Made by a program: the position numbers and the translations under genes. DNA of 64,000 nucleotides from Octopus bimaculoides (lineage: Eukaryota), in assembly GCF_001194135.2 (NCBI RefSeq), contig NC_068981.1, positions 180,835,047 to 180,899,046 of the forward strand, written 5' to 3'. This document shows, one piece after another, positions 63,088-64,000 of this stretch (the first letter of the stretch is position 1; each line of letters begins with the position of its first letter). A model generated the notes under the pieces. That model made no database searches and was not told the origin of the DNA. It was given only the letters and a program-made list of their open reading frames with translations.

Positions 63088-63703
63088 NNNNNNNNNNNNN
63101 NNNNNNNNNNNNNNNNNNNNNNNNNNNNNNNNNNNNNNNNNNNNNNNNNNNNNNNNNNNNNNNNNNNNNNNNNNNNNNNNNNNNNNNNNNNNNNNNNNNN
63201 NNNNNNNNNNNNNNNNNNNNNNNNNNNNNNNNNNNNNNNNNNNNNNNNNNNNNNNNNNNNNNNNNNNNNNNNNNNNNNNNNNNNNNNNNNNNNNNNNNNN
63301 NNNNNNNNNNNNNNNNNNNNNNNNNNNNNNNNNNNNNNNNNNNNNNNNNNNNNNNNNNNNNNNNNNNNNNNNNNNNNNNNNNNNNNNNNNNNNNNNNNNN
63401 NNNNNNNNNNNNNNNNNNNNNNNNNNNNNNNNNNNNNNNNNNNNNNNNNNNNNNNNNNNNNNNNNNNNNNNNNNNNNNNNNNNNNNNNNNNNNNNNNNNN
63501 NNNNNNNNNNNNNNNNNNNNNNNNNNNNNNNNNNNNNNNNNNNNNNNNNNNNNNNNNNNNNNNNNNNNNNNNNNNNNNNNNNNNNNNNNNNNNNNNNNNN
63601 NNNNNNNNNNNNNNNNNNNNNNNNNNNNNNNNNNNNNNNNNNNNNNNNNNNNNNNNNNNNNNNNNNNNNNNNNNNNNNNNNNNNNNNNNNNNNNNNNNNN
63701 NNN

Positions 63704-63738
<35 letters not shown>

Positions 63739-64000
63739 CACACACACACACACACACACACATATCCTCTGAGAGAATCAGAATTTAATGTAAAGTACTT
63801 AGTAACAAAGTACAGTACAAATATTTGTTTTGCTTGGATGTTGTTACTTCACTAAATGAAGTGACAACAACAAATTAAGCATATATAAACATTATATATA
63901 TATAAACATTATATATATATATATATATACTTGAGTAAGCACATAAATGTGAAACAAAGTGGGAAAAAATAGTACTTGAATACTAGAGGTAGAGTAATAT

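Noticed and set aside
22819-63763. Long ORF-track entries of 100-360 aa
   Set aside because: They consist of X from N gaps and YI/CV repeats from microsatellites; they are not coding.

Overview
AT-rich animal genomic DNA with about 5 kb of assembly gaps. The dense tRNA-derived SINEs, the RTE-LINE tails ending in (GAT)n and the abundant microsatellites suggest an Octopus-like coleoid cephalopod; this is inferred, not searched. The only host gene I can support is a crumbs-type gene on the minus strand, with two exons. Exon 39317-39892 encodes the end of a signal peptide plus an N-terminal laminin-G-like domain. Exon 6213-6341 encodes the first EGF repeat. Both have phase-1 boundaries and are separated by an intron of about 33 kb. 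The ATG exon was not found. The rest is intronic or upstream DNA filled with transposon relics: four SINE-like families, RTE LINE fragments (one with an intact YADD RT segment, one with three C2H2 fingers), two CRE-clade RLE retrotransposon fragments, a Penelope-like fragment, mariner and Tc1 relics, Merlin-type and hAT-type MITEs with target-site duplications (TSDs), a Helitron-type element, foldback elements and several tRNA-like units. I found no novel multi-gene or enzymatic system. The best leads are RNA-level or element-level: tandem in-frame splice acceptors that toggle the signal-peptide core, nested intronic foldbacks, pre-miRNA-sized hairpins, a divergent pair of tRNA-like Pol III units, and MITEs carrying telomere-like arrays. 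All alignments were done by eye, and SINE/LINE boundaries are approximate.
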